A DNA stretch of 64,000 nt. Source: a virus. The notes beneath the pieces were generated by a model that worked only from the letters and a program-made list of their open reading frames with translations, made no database searches and was not told the origin of the DNA. This document shows positions 46,112 to 54,955 of this stretch, piece by piece. The translations under genes and the position numbers were made by a program. The DNA is taken from the IMG/VR virus record IMGVR_UViG_3300047323_000545; one strand, given 5' to 3'. The first letter of the stretch is position 1; each line of letters starts with the position of its first letter.

Positions 46112-46960
46112 TCATACCGCCGTGATGGGTCGGGCCAGGCCGAGTTCGGCTTCCTGGCGGGAGAGTTCGCGTCGCACCGGCCGGTAGTCGGTGCCGGGGA
46201 TCTCGATGAAGTCGGCGGACTCGCTGAGCAGGCTCATCGCGTAGACGCCGTAGCCCTGCTGGATCTCCTGGGGAGATCGGTTACTGGTGATGATCGTGGG
46301 CGCGGCATCGGAGACGCGGGCGCGGATGATGCGGTCGACCATGTCCTCGACTACGTCGATCCGGCCCTTGTTCTCTTTGCCCATGTCGTCCATGGCGAGG
46401 ACGTCCACGTTGCGCACGCGGCGCGTCCAGTGCTCGCGCTCGTCCTTGTCGCGCCAGGTGGAGGTGAAGAGGTCGATGACGTCGTTGAACTGCGAGAAGT
46501 GGGCCTGAAATCCGTTGGCCATGAGGAACTTGCACAGCAGAGCGAGGAAAAGCGTCTTGCCGGTGCCGGGGTCCTTGGACCAGAGGATCAGGTTGCGTCC
46601 GGTGGCTATGTTGCGGGCCGCCTGGAGGGCGTAGCCCATGACCTGTTCAACGATGTGCTGCGGAACAGTCTTGATGTCGTCCCAGCCCAGGCGCTGGTAG
46701 TTCATTGGGATGCCCGCGTTGAGGAACCACAGGTGCATGAGCCACTGGTCGCGGCAGTCGCACTCGTAGGTGACGACCTCCTCCGTGCGGCGGTTTGCGG
46801 CGTCGTCGGCGTACCAGCGGTAGGTGTTGCTGTCCCGCTTGAGGCAGGTCAGGCAGGTGTCCTTGGGGCTGGTCCATAGGCGGGGGCGGACGGCCTTGAG
46901 CCGGTCGAAGTCCGGGTTGGACAGCGGCTGGCAGGACGGAGGAGGCGGAGGTCGTTTCAA
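46112..46960 (-). CDS. DnaC/IstB-like helicase-loader ATPase
   Basis: CxxC...CDC, PGTGKT, LAMDDMGKE, IITSN, DYR. Confidence 0.88.
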   Translation of the reverse strand: MKRPPPPPSCQPLSNPDFDRLKAVRPRLWTSPKDTCLTCLKRDSNTYRWYADDAANRRTEEVVTYECDCRDQWLMHLWFLNAGIPMNYQRLGWDDIKTVPQHIVEQVMGYALQAARNIATGRNLILWSKDPGTGKTLFLALLCKFLMANGFQAHFSQFNDVIDLFTSTWRDKDEREHWTRRVRNVDVLAMDDMGKENKGRIDVVEDMVDRIIRARVSDAAPTIITSNRSPQEIQQGYGVYAMSLLSESADFIEIPGTDYRPVRRELSRQEAELGLARPITAV

Positions 46961-47007
46961 GGTGGCGGTCCTTGATGAAGGCCCAGTGGCGGCCGGGCGG
47001 TGGTAGA

Positions 47008-47259
47008 TCAGAAGGTCTTGCGGAGGACGCTGTCGGCGCAGGGGGTGCCCTCCAGGTCGTACGCCTGAAGGATCTTGAACCGCTGGATGTGCGTGTTGAG
47101 CAGCTCTTGCTCCCAGCGGTGCATGGCGTCGTGCCACTCCTCCACGTTCAGGAGAACGTGGCCTTCGGGGCCGCAGCAGCGTTCTGAGCCGTCCTCGATC
47201 TCCAGGCCGCCGTCGATGGGGCGGACGTAGGAGTTGGGGCAGCAGGCGGGCTCAGGCAT
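47008..47259 (-). CDS. Small hypothetical protein
   Basis: Operonic. Confidence 0.55.
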   Translation of the reverse strand: MPEPACCPNSYVRPIDGGLEIEDGSERCCGPEGHVLLNVEEWHDAMHRWEQELLNTHIQRFKILQAYDLEGTPCADSVLRKTF

Positions 47260-47680
47260 CGGCCAGCCGCTCGCTGATCGGGCCCGCGAAGAAGTCGTCG
47301 TTGCCGATGGTGAAACGGGTGACGGTGACAGGCGACTGCCGCCAGTAGCCGTCCTGCTGCTCGAAGGCGAAGCGGGCGATGGGCCCGGCCTGGTTGCCCC
47401 AGCGGGCGGCGAAGCTCTTGAAGATCGAGTTGACCGTGTGGGCCTCGCGGCGCGGCTGGGGGCCGTGGCGCTCGGCGACCGAACGCATGACGTAGTCGCG
47501 CAGTTGCTCCCAGGACCAGTCCATGGGGGCGTTGAGGAGGTCGGTGGCTGCCATGGCGACAGGGCCGGGCGCGGCGGCCGGGCGGATGGTCACCGGCGGT
47601 GCAGCGGGCACGGCGGCCTTGCCGTAGGCAGGGGCGGAAAAGTCGAGCACGAGGTCTCCAACCTGGCGGTGGCTGGGCAC
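47252..47680 (-). CDS. Hypothetical protein
   Basis: 142 aa, upstream of the loader. Confidence 0.6.
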   Translation of the reverse strand: MPSHRQVGDLVLDFSAPAYGKAAVPAAPPVTIRPAAAPGPVAMAATDLLNAPMDWSWEQLRDYVMRSVAERHGPQPRREAHTVNSIFKSFAARWGNQAGPIARFAFEQQDGYWRQSPVTVTRFTIGNDDFFAGPISERLADA

Positions 47681-47773
47681 GGCAAGATGGCGGTCTGCCG
47701 TGGAAGAGGGCCTCCTGGCGGTGAAGGCGCTTTGACGCTAACCGCCGGTCCAGGTCGAGAGCAAGAAACTGCT

Positions 47774-48655
47774 CTACCAGAGTTCTCCGGCCATCAATTG
47801 GCGCTCGATCTCGCGCAGCTGGTAGCGGTTCAGGAACGCCCACAGGGCCTGCCAGGCGGCGTCCGGGCCGGGGGTGACGGGCATGAACGGGCCGGGGCCG
47901 GTGGGGATCATCTCGTACGGGACGTCGCGGAGGTCGACGAGCTGGCGGTAGACCGCGATCTCGCCCTTCTCGCGGGCCTCGATGATGGCCGGGTGCTCGA
48001 CGGCGCCCAGGTCCCATCCGGCGGCCGTGAGGTGCTTGAGGGCGTAGACGTCGCCGATGCCCTTCACGCCGGGGATGCCGTCGGAGGCGTCGCCGGTCAG
48101 GGACATCACGAGGGGGCGCTGGGCGGGCGTGCAGCCGTAGCGCTCGATGACCTTGTCCTCGTCCCAGCGGTCGGTGGGGGTGTTGTAGCTGGAGATGCGG
48201 ATCTGCGTGCACGGGTGGCCGGTCGGGGTCTCGCCGACGAGCTGGAGCATGTCCTTATCGCTGGAGAGGATGACGACCGGCTCGTGGGCGTAGCGCCAGT
48301 GCGCGGCGATGAGGTCGTCGGCCTCGAACCCTGGCAGATAGGTCCAGGGGACCCGGGCGAGGGAGAGGAACTGCCGGACGAGCCTGCGGGTGACGCTGCG
48401 GTACTCGTCGGTGACCTGGGGCCGGTTGGCTTTGTACTTCGGGTAGATCTGCTTGCGCCAGTCCGGTCCGCTGTCCCAGAGCACCATGACGCGGTAGGGC
48501 TTCTCCTCGCGTATGTAGCGGGAGATGGTCTTGATGAAGACGACCAGGGCGCTGGTGTCGGTGCCGTCGTCGCTGTGCATGGCGGAGCGGCGGGTGGCCT
48601 CGACGGCGCGTATCAGGATGTTGTTGCCGTCGATGAGCAGGGTGGGGCGCATCAT
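47774..48655 (-). CDS. 5'-3' exonuclease (Pol I N-terminal/FEN family)
   Basis: LLIDGNN, YKANR, EADD, SSDKD, GDASDGIPGVKGIG. Confidence 0.92.
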   Translation of the reverse strand: MMRPTLLIDGNNILIRAVEATRRSAMHSDDGTDTSALVVFIKTISRYIREEKPYRVMVLWDSGPDWRKQIYPKYKANRPQVTDEYRSVTRRLVRQFLSLARVPWTYLPGFEADDLIAAHWRYAHEPVVILSSDKDMLQLVGETPTGHPCTQIRISSYNTPTDRWDEDKVIERYGCTPAQRPLVMSLTGDASDGIPGVKGIGDVYALKHLTAAGWDLGAVEHPAIIEAREKGEIAVYRQLVDLRDVPYEMIPTGPGPFMPVTPGPDAAWQALWAFLNRYQLREIERQLMAGELW

Positions 48656-49146
48656 CCCTCGCGCTTCTTGGTCCGGGCCCAGTACTGGCGGGCGATGGCG
48701 AGGAGGATCTGGCACACGCGCTGAAGTTCGTGGCCGTCGATGTCGCCGCGCTCGTACAGGGCGCAGGCGAGGCGTTCGACGTCGGGCAGCGTGTACCGCT
48801 TGGGCACCGTGGCGCCCCCTCGGGTGACGCTGCGGAACTCCAGGGGCTCGCCGTTCAGGAGGAGGGGCCAGGTCTTCGTGTCGCCGGTGGCGAGCCTGTA
48901 GGGCTTGCCCTTGAGCTGGCGCTTGAGCCAGTCGAGCTGTCCGGCGAACGCGAAGCAGGCGACCTCGCCGACGCCGAAGTGCGGGACGGCCAGCGGCGGG
49001 GTGCCGGGGGCGACCGCGTACTTCGGGTCGGTCTCCACGGGAAAGTCAGTGTCGTACAGGATGTACCGGCCGCGCTTGGGATCAGAGACCCGGGCCGTGA
49101 GGTCTTCGGGCTCGACGATGATGGGCTCCATGGTCAGGGGAGGCAT
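48652..49146 (-). CDS. Possible MerR-like winged-HTH protein
   Basis: FGVGEVA...WLK...KRYTLPDVERL. Confidence 0.5.
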   Translation of the reverse strand: MPPLTMEPIIVEPEDLTARVSDPKRGRYILYDTDFPVETDPKYAVAPGTPPLAVPHFGVGEVACFAFAGQLDWLKRQLKGKPYRLATGDTKTWPLLLNGEPLEFRSVTRGGATVPKRYTLPDVERLACALYERGDIDGHELQRVCQILLAIARQYWARTKKREG

Positions 49147-49235
49147 ATTCGTCCTTCCACATGCCGCGAGCCTCCGCCCGGGTCAGGGGCGGAGGCGGCG
49201 GGGGCTGTAATGGTGTCGTAAAGATTGCGGGGTGC

Positions 49236-49988
49236 CTAGCGCAGGTTGATGCTCAGCGTGCCGTGCTTCACCGTGCTGATCTTGCTGACGATCTCCTGGT
49301 AGCGGGCCATCTTGTTCTTGAGGGTGAGCACGCGCTTGATCTTGTCGAGGTCGATGACGTGCTGGGTGCTGGTGATCGCGCGGAATTCGGCGCGGGTGAT
49401 CTTGCCGCTTTCCAGGAGGTCGAGCAGGGCGTCCATGCTCCACTCGACGGTATCCTTGGCCTTTTCGCGGGTGAAGTGCTTCAGGCCGTCCTTGATGTCG
49501 GCGCGCTCCGGGTTTCCGGGTGAGGCGATCAGGTAGTGGCCCTTGGCGCTCTTCGGGGTCTTTTCGGGGTCGATCTTCTTGTGCTCTTCGGCGACGACGT
49601 CGAAGTGGACCGAGACCATGGTGTGGATCTCGTTCTTGCGTGCCGTCAGCGCCTTCATCGCGGTGTCGATCTGGATCTTCTCGATGCGCAGCTTGGCCAG
49701 CTCGGTGTTGTTGAGGAGTCGGCGGCTGGCGGGGGGCTTGACCTTCCCGAAGACCTTGGGGATCTCCTCGATGGCCAGCATGAGTTCGCCGGTGACCAGC
49801 TCGACGACGGAGGCGGTCTTCACCGGCTTGTCGGGGTCGATGGGCTGGATGGTGGCCAGCCTGGCCAGGACGTCGGAGAGGTTGAGGCTGGGGTCGTTCT
49901 TCAGCTCGACGCCGAGCTTGTCGAAGTCGAACGGGAGGGAGGGAACGAGTTCGGTGCTGGTGGATTCCGTGGCGGAGGCGGAAGTCAC
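49236..49988 (-). CDS. Hypothetical protein
   Basis: 250 aa, AGGAG RBS. Confidence 0.7.
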   Translation of the reverse strand: MTSASATESTSTELVPSLPFDFDKLGVELKNDPSLNLSDVLARLATIQPIDPDKPVKTASVVELVTGELMLAIEEIPKVFGKVKPPASRRLLNNTELAKLRIEKIQIDTAMKALTARKNEIHTMVSVHFDVVAEEHKKIDPEKTPKSAKGHYLIASPGNPERADIKDGLKHFTREKAKDTVEWSMDALLDLLESGKITRAEFRAITSTQHVIDLDKIKRVLTLKNKMARYQEIVSKISTVKHGTLSINLR

Positions 49989-50042
49989 GTTATTGCTCCT
50001 GTGCGTGTGAGGTTATTCGCTCTTGGCGGAGAACGTGGTTTC

Positions 50043-50072
50043 ACCATACCCCCTGGAGGGGGTGGGTGACAA
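50043..50072 (-). promoter_or_regulatory. Promoter TTGTCA-N18-TATGGT with dyad ACCCCCT-GG-AGGGGGT
   Basis: Direct read; lies upstream of the replication operon. Confidence 0.6.
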
Positions 50073-50093
50073 GAAAAGCGGAAATCCGGATTC

Positions 50094-52238
50094 TCAAGCG
50101 GCGGCGGGCAGCTCGCTGGTGAAACCCTGGTAGAAGGCGACGATGTCGGCCAGTGCCGTGGTGACTGGAGCGGGAGGGAGGGCCTTGACGATCTTTCGGC
50201 CGTAGGGCTTGCTGGCCAGACGCGGGTCCATGATCGCGACGACGCCGGAGTCGCCCACGCTGCGGATGAGGCGGCCGTACGCCTGCAGGAGCGTGAGGGT
50301 CATGGACGGCACAACCAGGTCGGCGAAGGCGTTGCCGCCCTGGCGCTCGATGGCCTCGCTGCGGGCCTTGTGGATGGGGTCGCTGGGGACGGCGAAGGGG
50401 AGCTTGTCGACGACGACGAGGCGGCAGGTGTTGCCGGGGAAGTCCATGCCGGTCATGAAGGAGCGCAGGCCGAACAGGACGGAGTGCTCGTCGGCGCGGA
50501 AGCGTTCGGCCATCTCCTTGACGCTCATGTCGCCGCCCTGGACGAAGGTGGCGTAGCCGTCGGCGCGCAGCTGGCCGCCGATGACGTTGTAGGCCTCGGT
50601 CATGGCCTTGCGGGAGGTGTAGAGGAGCAGAGCCCCTCCCCCGGCGGCCCGGACGAGTTCGAGGGTGGCGGCCGACACCCAGCTCTCCCACTCCCCCCGC
50701 GTGTCTCCTGCGGGGACCGGAACATCGGCGGCCGGGTGGAAGGTGAGGGCCTGGTGGCGGTAGTCGAAGGGGCTGCCGACGTCGAGGGTGGCGGCGGTGT
50801 CCTTCAGGCCGAGGCGGCGGGCGATGTAGTCGAAGCGGTGCGCTCCGGTGCCCGCGCTGAGGGTGGCCGACATCAGGACGGCCGGGTAGCGGCTCCACAG
50901 CTCCTCGCGGAGGTAGGAGCCGACGCCGATGGGCGCGGCCTTGATCATCCAGCGCTTGCCGACGGTCATGCGCTCGTTGCCGTACATCTCGGCCCAGCGG
51001 ACCATCTCGTTGGGGTCAGCGAGCATGACGGCCTTGATGTTGGCCAGGAAGTTGCGGCCGACGGTGATGATCCGATTGCGGATCGCCTCCTCCTTCTCCT
51101 GGTCGGAGGAGTCGGCGATCTTCCGCTTGACGACGCGCTGCCGCAGCACTTCGAGCGCCATCCACAGCGCCACGAACCGGTCGGCGTGGTCGCCGATGAA
51201 CTCAGCGTCGATGGCGCCGGTCTGGTCGTGCGCCAGCTGGTCGGCGATCGGCTGGGTCAGCGCGTCAATGGCGGTGATGACGTCCTGGTGGGCGTCGTAG
51301 CTCTTCCCGACGCGCTGCTCGTCCACGTCCTCGTGGACGGCGAGGAAACTCATGGCCTGGTCGGCCCACTTGAGCAGGCCACCCTGCTTGATGTCGAAAC
51401 CGAGGTGGTTGGTGGCCTGGTCCTCCAGCTCGTGGGCCTCGTCGATGATCAGGCCGTCGTAGTCACCGAGGAGGGCGTGGATCCGGGGGCCTTCGCCGTC
51501 GTCTCCGGCGGTCTCCCGGGCGATCTTGGTGTCGGTGAGCAGGACGGCCAGGTTGGTCGCGACGATGTCGGCGCCCATGGCGGCGTCCTTGTGCCGCAGG
51601 CCGAAGCACTGCTCGGCGAAGCCGCACTTCGAGCGACCGGGGCACTCGTCGCTGGAGGCGGACACCAGCGGCCACTCGCGGCGCTGATCGACTGGCGTGG
51701 TGACGTCGTCGCGGTCGCCGGTGTGGGAGAGCTGGCCGTTCTCGTCCGGCGCGATCTCCTCGCGCAGCGCCTGCAGGTTCTCGATCGCGGGGGTGTCGGC
51801 CATCTTGGCCAGGCAGATGAAGTTCCCGATGCCCTTGAGCGGAGCCCAGGTGAAGTCGATGCCGACCTCGGCCAGGACCTCCTCCAGCCAGGGGAGATCT
51901 TTCTTTGTGTACTGACTCAGGAGGGCGTTGGTCGCGGTGGCGACGACGAACCTCTTGCGGGGCACATCCGGACCCCCGGCGCGACTGGCGAGGATCGCGG
52001 CGACGAGGGCGGCGTAGGACTTGCCGGTGCCGGTGCCCGCCTCGGCGACCAGGTGCATGGGGTCGTGCTCAGTGAGGTCCTGGGTCAGCGTCAGCTCGGT
52101 GGCCTGCGCCAAGTGCTCCTGCTGCGGGCGGCGGCGGTAACCCGGGAGGTGCTTCGCGAACAGCTCTTGCAGGGACAAAAAGGTCGCAGGCGGAGCGGAC
52201 GGCATGGAGGGCCCCTTGAAGGTGGTGATGCTGCTCAT
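50094..52238 (-). CDS. DinG/YoaA-family helicase
   Basis: EAGTGTGKS, Fe-S Cys residues, IIDEAH, MSATL, QAYGRLIR. Confidence 0.93.
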   Translation of the reverse strand: MSSITTFKGPSMPSAPPATFLSLQELFAKHLPGYRRRPQQEHLAQATELTLTQDLTEHDPMHLVAEAGTGTGKSYAALVAAILASRAGGPDVPRKRFVVATATNALLSQYTKKDLPWLEEVLAEVGIDFTWAPLKGIGNFICLAKMADTPAIENLQALREEIAPDENGQLSHTGDRDDVTTPVDQRREWPLVSASSDECPGRSKCGFAEQCFGLRHKDAAMGADIVATNLAVLLTDTKIARETAGDDGEGPRIHALLGDYDGLIIDEAHELEDQATNHLGFDIKQGGLLKWADQAMSFLAVHEDVDEQRVGKSYDAHQDVITAIDALTQPIADQLAHDQTGAIDAEFIGDHADRFVALWMALEVLRQRVVKRKIADSSDQEKEEAIRNRIITVGRNFLANIKAVMLADPNEMVRWAEMYGNERMTVGKRWMIKAAPIGVGSYLREELWSRYPAVLMSATLSAGTGAHRFDYIARRLGLKDTAATLDVGSPFDYRHQALTFHPAADVPVPAGDTRGEWESWVSAATLELVRAAGGGALLLYTSRKAMTEAYNVIGGQLRADGYATFVQGGDMSVKEMAERFRADEHSVLFGLRSFMTGMDFPGNTCRLVVVDKLPFAVPSDPIHKARSEAIERQGGNAFADLVVPSMTLTLLQAYGRLIRSVGDSGVVAIMDPRLASKPYGRKIVKALPPAPVTTALADIVAFYQGFTSELPAAA

Positions 52239-52329
52239 GGCGGTGAGCAGGAAGGTCCTGGCGTGAGCGCGACGCTACACAGCGGCCCCGGGCGGAGTCG
52301 CGTTTTTGCTCCGGCGGATTTCCCGACAG

Positions 52330-52975
52330 GGGGTCAGCGGGGCGCGCCTGCAGGTTTCATGCGCAGGGTCCGTGCATCTGACACCACAGAAGTACTAGGG
52401 TGACCACGCGACCATCGTCGGTACCGCCCACCGAGGGTCGCGTCCGCTTCACCTGGCTCCAGAAACACCAACGGCCGCGTCGTCGGGATCCCCATCCCTC
52501 AGCGGCCGTCCGACAGAGACCTTGGCCGGTCATCTTCTGTCGGTGGGGCCAACAACCTGATATCCGAACAAGATCGCTACGACCATGGAGGTTGCTGGCA
52601 TGAGCCAGCCTACCCAAGAACAGCCCTCGGTGTACACGACCCGAGGCCATGACACGCCGCTGCAGGCCCGCGCCTGCAATCCGTTCAGGGGGCGGCTGTC
52701 CATTTCTGCCCTCGATGATGTTCAATGTCTTCCGGACGACCGGGCCCGCCAGCCTGGAGCCACCACCACAGACCACCCCCGGGCACAGGCGTGCCCGAAC
52801 CCGCCAAGGGGGCTGACGATGCACGGACTTCCTCAGGAAATGCTGGAGGGGCGCCCGGAGACCTCCATCTCCGTGACGCCCCTCTTCGCTTAGCGGCCCG
52901 AAGGCCGGTGGGAGCCTCTCCGCCAAGAGTGCGCTTCCCACAAGGGATTACCAGTCCCTCAGACGACGCGACCTA
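52330..52975 (-). ncRNA. Candidate large structured RNA or leader
   Basis: More than ten hairpins and long-range helices; cUUCGg tetraloop on the minus strand. Strand is tentative. Confidence 0.4.
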
Positions 52976-52999
52976 GTCGGTCAGACCATCGCCTCCACG

Positions 53000-54448
53000 G
53001 TGGTCGGGCCCTTGTCCCCAATGCCAATAGAGAGGGCACCTCCCGCCGTGCCACGCCAGTTTACGGGCCACGCACCCGTGCCGCACGCCAGCCAGGGCGA
53101 AAAACTCGCCAAAATTAGGGGAACCGCCGCCTCCGTCGGCGCGTCTCCACTTGATCTTCACCCTCAGCACTGGCTCCGCCGGTTCCCCGCACTCTCCCCG
53201 CGCATGACGGCCCTGATGGACCAGGGTGACGTCGGACTGCGCTACGGAACGACGGACTCCACCTCGTCCAAGAGGGCCAAGTCCCAGCACCGGCACGCCG
53301 TCATGTCGGCCGCCGCCGCCGGTGCCGTCCGCAGCGGCTGGACCAGCGACCAGTTCGCCGAGGCCATGATCGACTGGCCTTCGCGTCCCGGCGGCTTCGT
53401 GCGCGAGATGAGCCAGCCGTCGGCCGAGCGGTACCTGGACAAGATCTGGGAGCGGGCCCGCCACCACGTCAGCTTCACCAGCGTCGTCGGCTCCCGCGAG
53501 GACGCCGTGATCGAACTGGTCGCGCTGCGGGACACCATCGCCTCCGCCAACTGCTGGCGGGGCACGTCCGGTTCAACCGATCTCCGCGTTCTGATGGCCC
53601 ACTGGCACGCCGCGAAGAAGGCCGGTGGCCGGATGTACACCCTGGCCCACCGTGAGGCCGCAGAGGGCGCCGGGTGCACCGCCAACACCGCGTACCGGGC
53701 CTCCAAGCGCCTGGTCTCCGGGGGCTGGCTGAAGCTGGTCGAGGTGGGTACCGCTGACAAGGGATCGACCTGGTACCTGAAGGACGGTTCTCAGCAACGA
53801 CACACTCCCCGGGGGGCGCAGCCTGGGGGGGCACAGTCGAATGTATCGATGGTGAGAAACGGTGAGCTGGACGGTGCCGTCATCGAGCGCCTGATGAGCC
53901 TGGACGCCTTCGCCCACCGGGGCCTTGGAGCCTCTTCCCTGAAGATCCTGGCCGCCCTTCACCTGCGGGATCCCCAGTCCGTCGCGGAGCTGACCCAGAC
54001 CGCCATGGCCAGCTCCGCGACCGTCTACCGCAAGCTCAAGGTGCTGACCGAGCACGGTCTGGTCGAGCGCCAGGACGGCCTGTGGGCGCTCACTGAGACG
54101 GCCGCTGAGGCCCTCGCAGGGGCCTGGGAGGGCTGGGACACCGTGGCGGCCGAGGTCGGCACGTACGGGACCGCCTGGCGCCGTCAGCAGGCCCACAAGG
54201 ACCAGCGTGCGGTGTGGCACGGCATGGTCGTCCCCCGTATGCGCGAGCGCCGGATGCCCGACGTGGTTCCCGTACGGGGTGACGAGGTCGACCGGCGGTG
54301 CAGGTGGGGCAGCGAGGTCATCGACCGGGTGACCGGCGAGGTCATCGAGGACTTCGTCGTGGCGTCAGATGGCCGGTACCTGCTGCTCGTTGAGGACCTG
54401 GACTACGACGAGCTGGTCCGCCGCAACGCCCTCGCCTGCGCCGCCTGA
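53000..54448 (+). CDS. Plasmid-type replication initiator (Rep) with winged HTH domains; start uncertain
   Basis: WRGTSGSTDLRVL, REAAEGAG..NTAYRA and ArsR-like HTH; origin-like repeat within and after the gene. Confidence 0.6.
   Translation: MVGPLSPMPIERAPPAVPRQFTGHAPVPHASQGEKLAKIRGTAASVGASPLDLHPQHWLRRFPALSPRMTALMDQGDVGLRYGTTDSTSSKRAKSQHRHAVMSAAAAGAVRSGWTSDQFAEAMIDWPSRPGGFVREMSQPSAERYLDKIWERARHHVSFTSVVGSREDAVIELVALRDTIASANCWRGTSGSTDLRVLMAHWHAAKKAGGRMYTLAHREAAEGAGCTANTAYRASKRLVSGGWLKLVEVGTADKGSTWYLKDGSQQRHTPRGAQPGGAQSNVSMVRNGELDGAVIERLMSLDAFAHRGLGASSLKILAALHLRDPQSVAELTQTAMASSATVYRKLKVLTEHGLVERQDGLWALTETAAEALAGAWEGWDTVAAEVGTYGTAWRRQQAHKDQRAVWHGMVVPRMRERRMPDVVPVRGDEVDRRCRWGSEVIDRVTGEVIEDFVVASDGRYLLLVEDLDYDELVRRNALACAA
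53786..53860 (+). repeat. ~75-bp element inside rep (copy 1)
   Basis: 46-bp core at 53788-53833 is identical to the reverse complement of 54818-54863. Confidence 0.9.
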
Positions 54449-54541
54449 CTGCCCAGCAAACCTTCATGTAGCCGCATATTCGCTGATCAGATGGCATGCG
54501 TGGTCTTGCCAGCCTGTTTCCGGTCTGCTTAGTGTGCCCCC

Positions 54542-54883
54542 ATGCAGAGACCGATCGCCGCCACTCGGTGCCTGTCCTATGACGACGCCACCGCAGTCCT
54601 TCCAGACATACGCCAGAACCTCAAGTACCGGGGTCTCACCCGTGATCAGTACGGCCTGTGCGCTGAAGTCGGCCGGTACGGACGAGGCTGGGCTGTCTAT
54701 GTGGGATTCCAGCGCTCCGCTGACGTCCACGAGGCCACCCAAGCCATCACCGCCGACTACCCAGATCCCAAAGACAGGTCTCTGATCTGGGGTTTCTCAG
54801 CTTTGACACATTCGATATGCCCCCCCAGGCTGCGCCCCCCGGGGAGTGTGTCGTTGCTGAGAAACTGGGTACCTGCCCCCTGA
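54542..54883 (+). CDS. Hypothetical protein
   Basis: 113 aa; its 3' end runs through repeat copy 2. Confidence 0.35.
   Translation: MQRPIAATRCLSYDDATAVLPDIRQNLKYRGLTRDQYGLCAEVGRYGRGWAVYVGFQRSADVHEATQAITADYPDPKDRSLIWGFSALTHSICPPRLRPPGSVSLLRNWVPAP
54792..54865 (-). repeat. ~75-bp element (copy 2, inverted) bounded by GTTTCTCAGC/GCTGAGAAAC
   Basis: Direct alignment with copy 1. Confidence 0.9.
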
Positions 54884-54914
54884 GCGGCCCTCCACCAGCC
54901 CGGAGGTGCCAACA

Positions 54915-54955
54915 CAGCAGGGGCCCTCGGGAGGTCATCCAGAGGGCCCCTGCTG
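54915..54955. terminator. Bidirectional hairpin terminator
   Basis: 14-bp inverted repeat between convergent units. Confidence 0.7.

Noticed and set aside
52585-52893. 102-aa ORF upstream of rep
   Set aside because: Poor codon bias and no recognisable motif; the region is better explained by structure, although a GGAGG before ATG 52600 means a leader peptide is not excluded.
53788-54863. Duplicated element as a DGR template/variable repeat or IS ends
   Set aside because: No reverse transcriptase or transposase is present, and the core is identical rather than adenine-variable.
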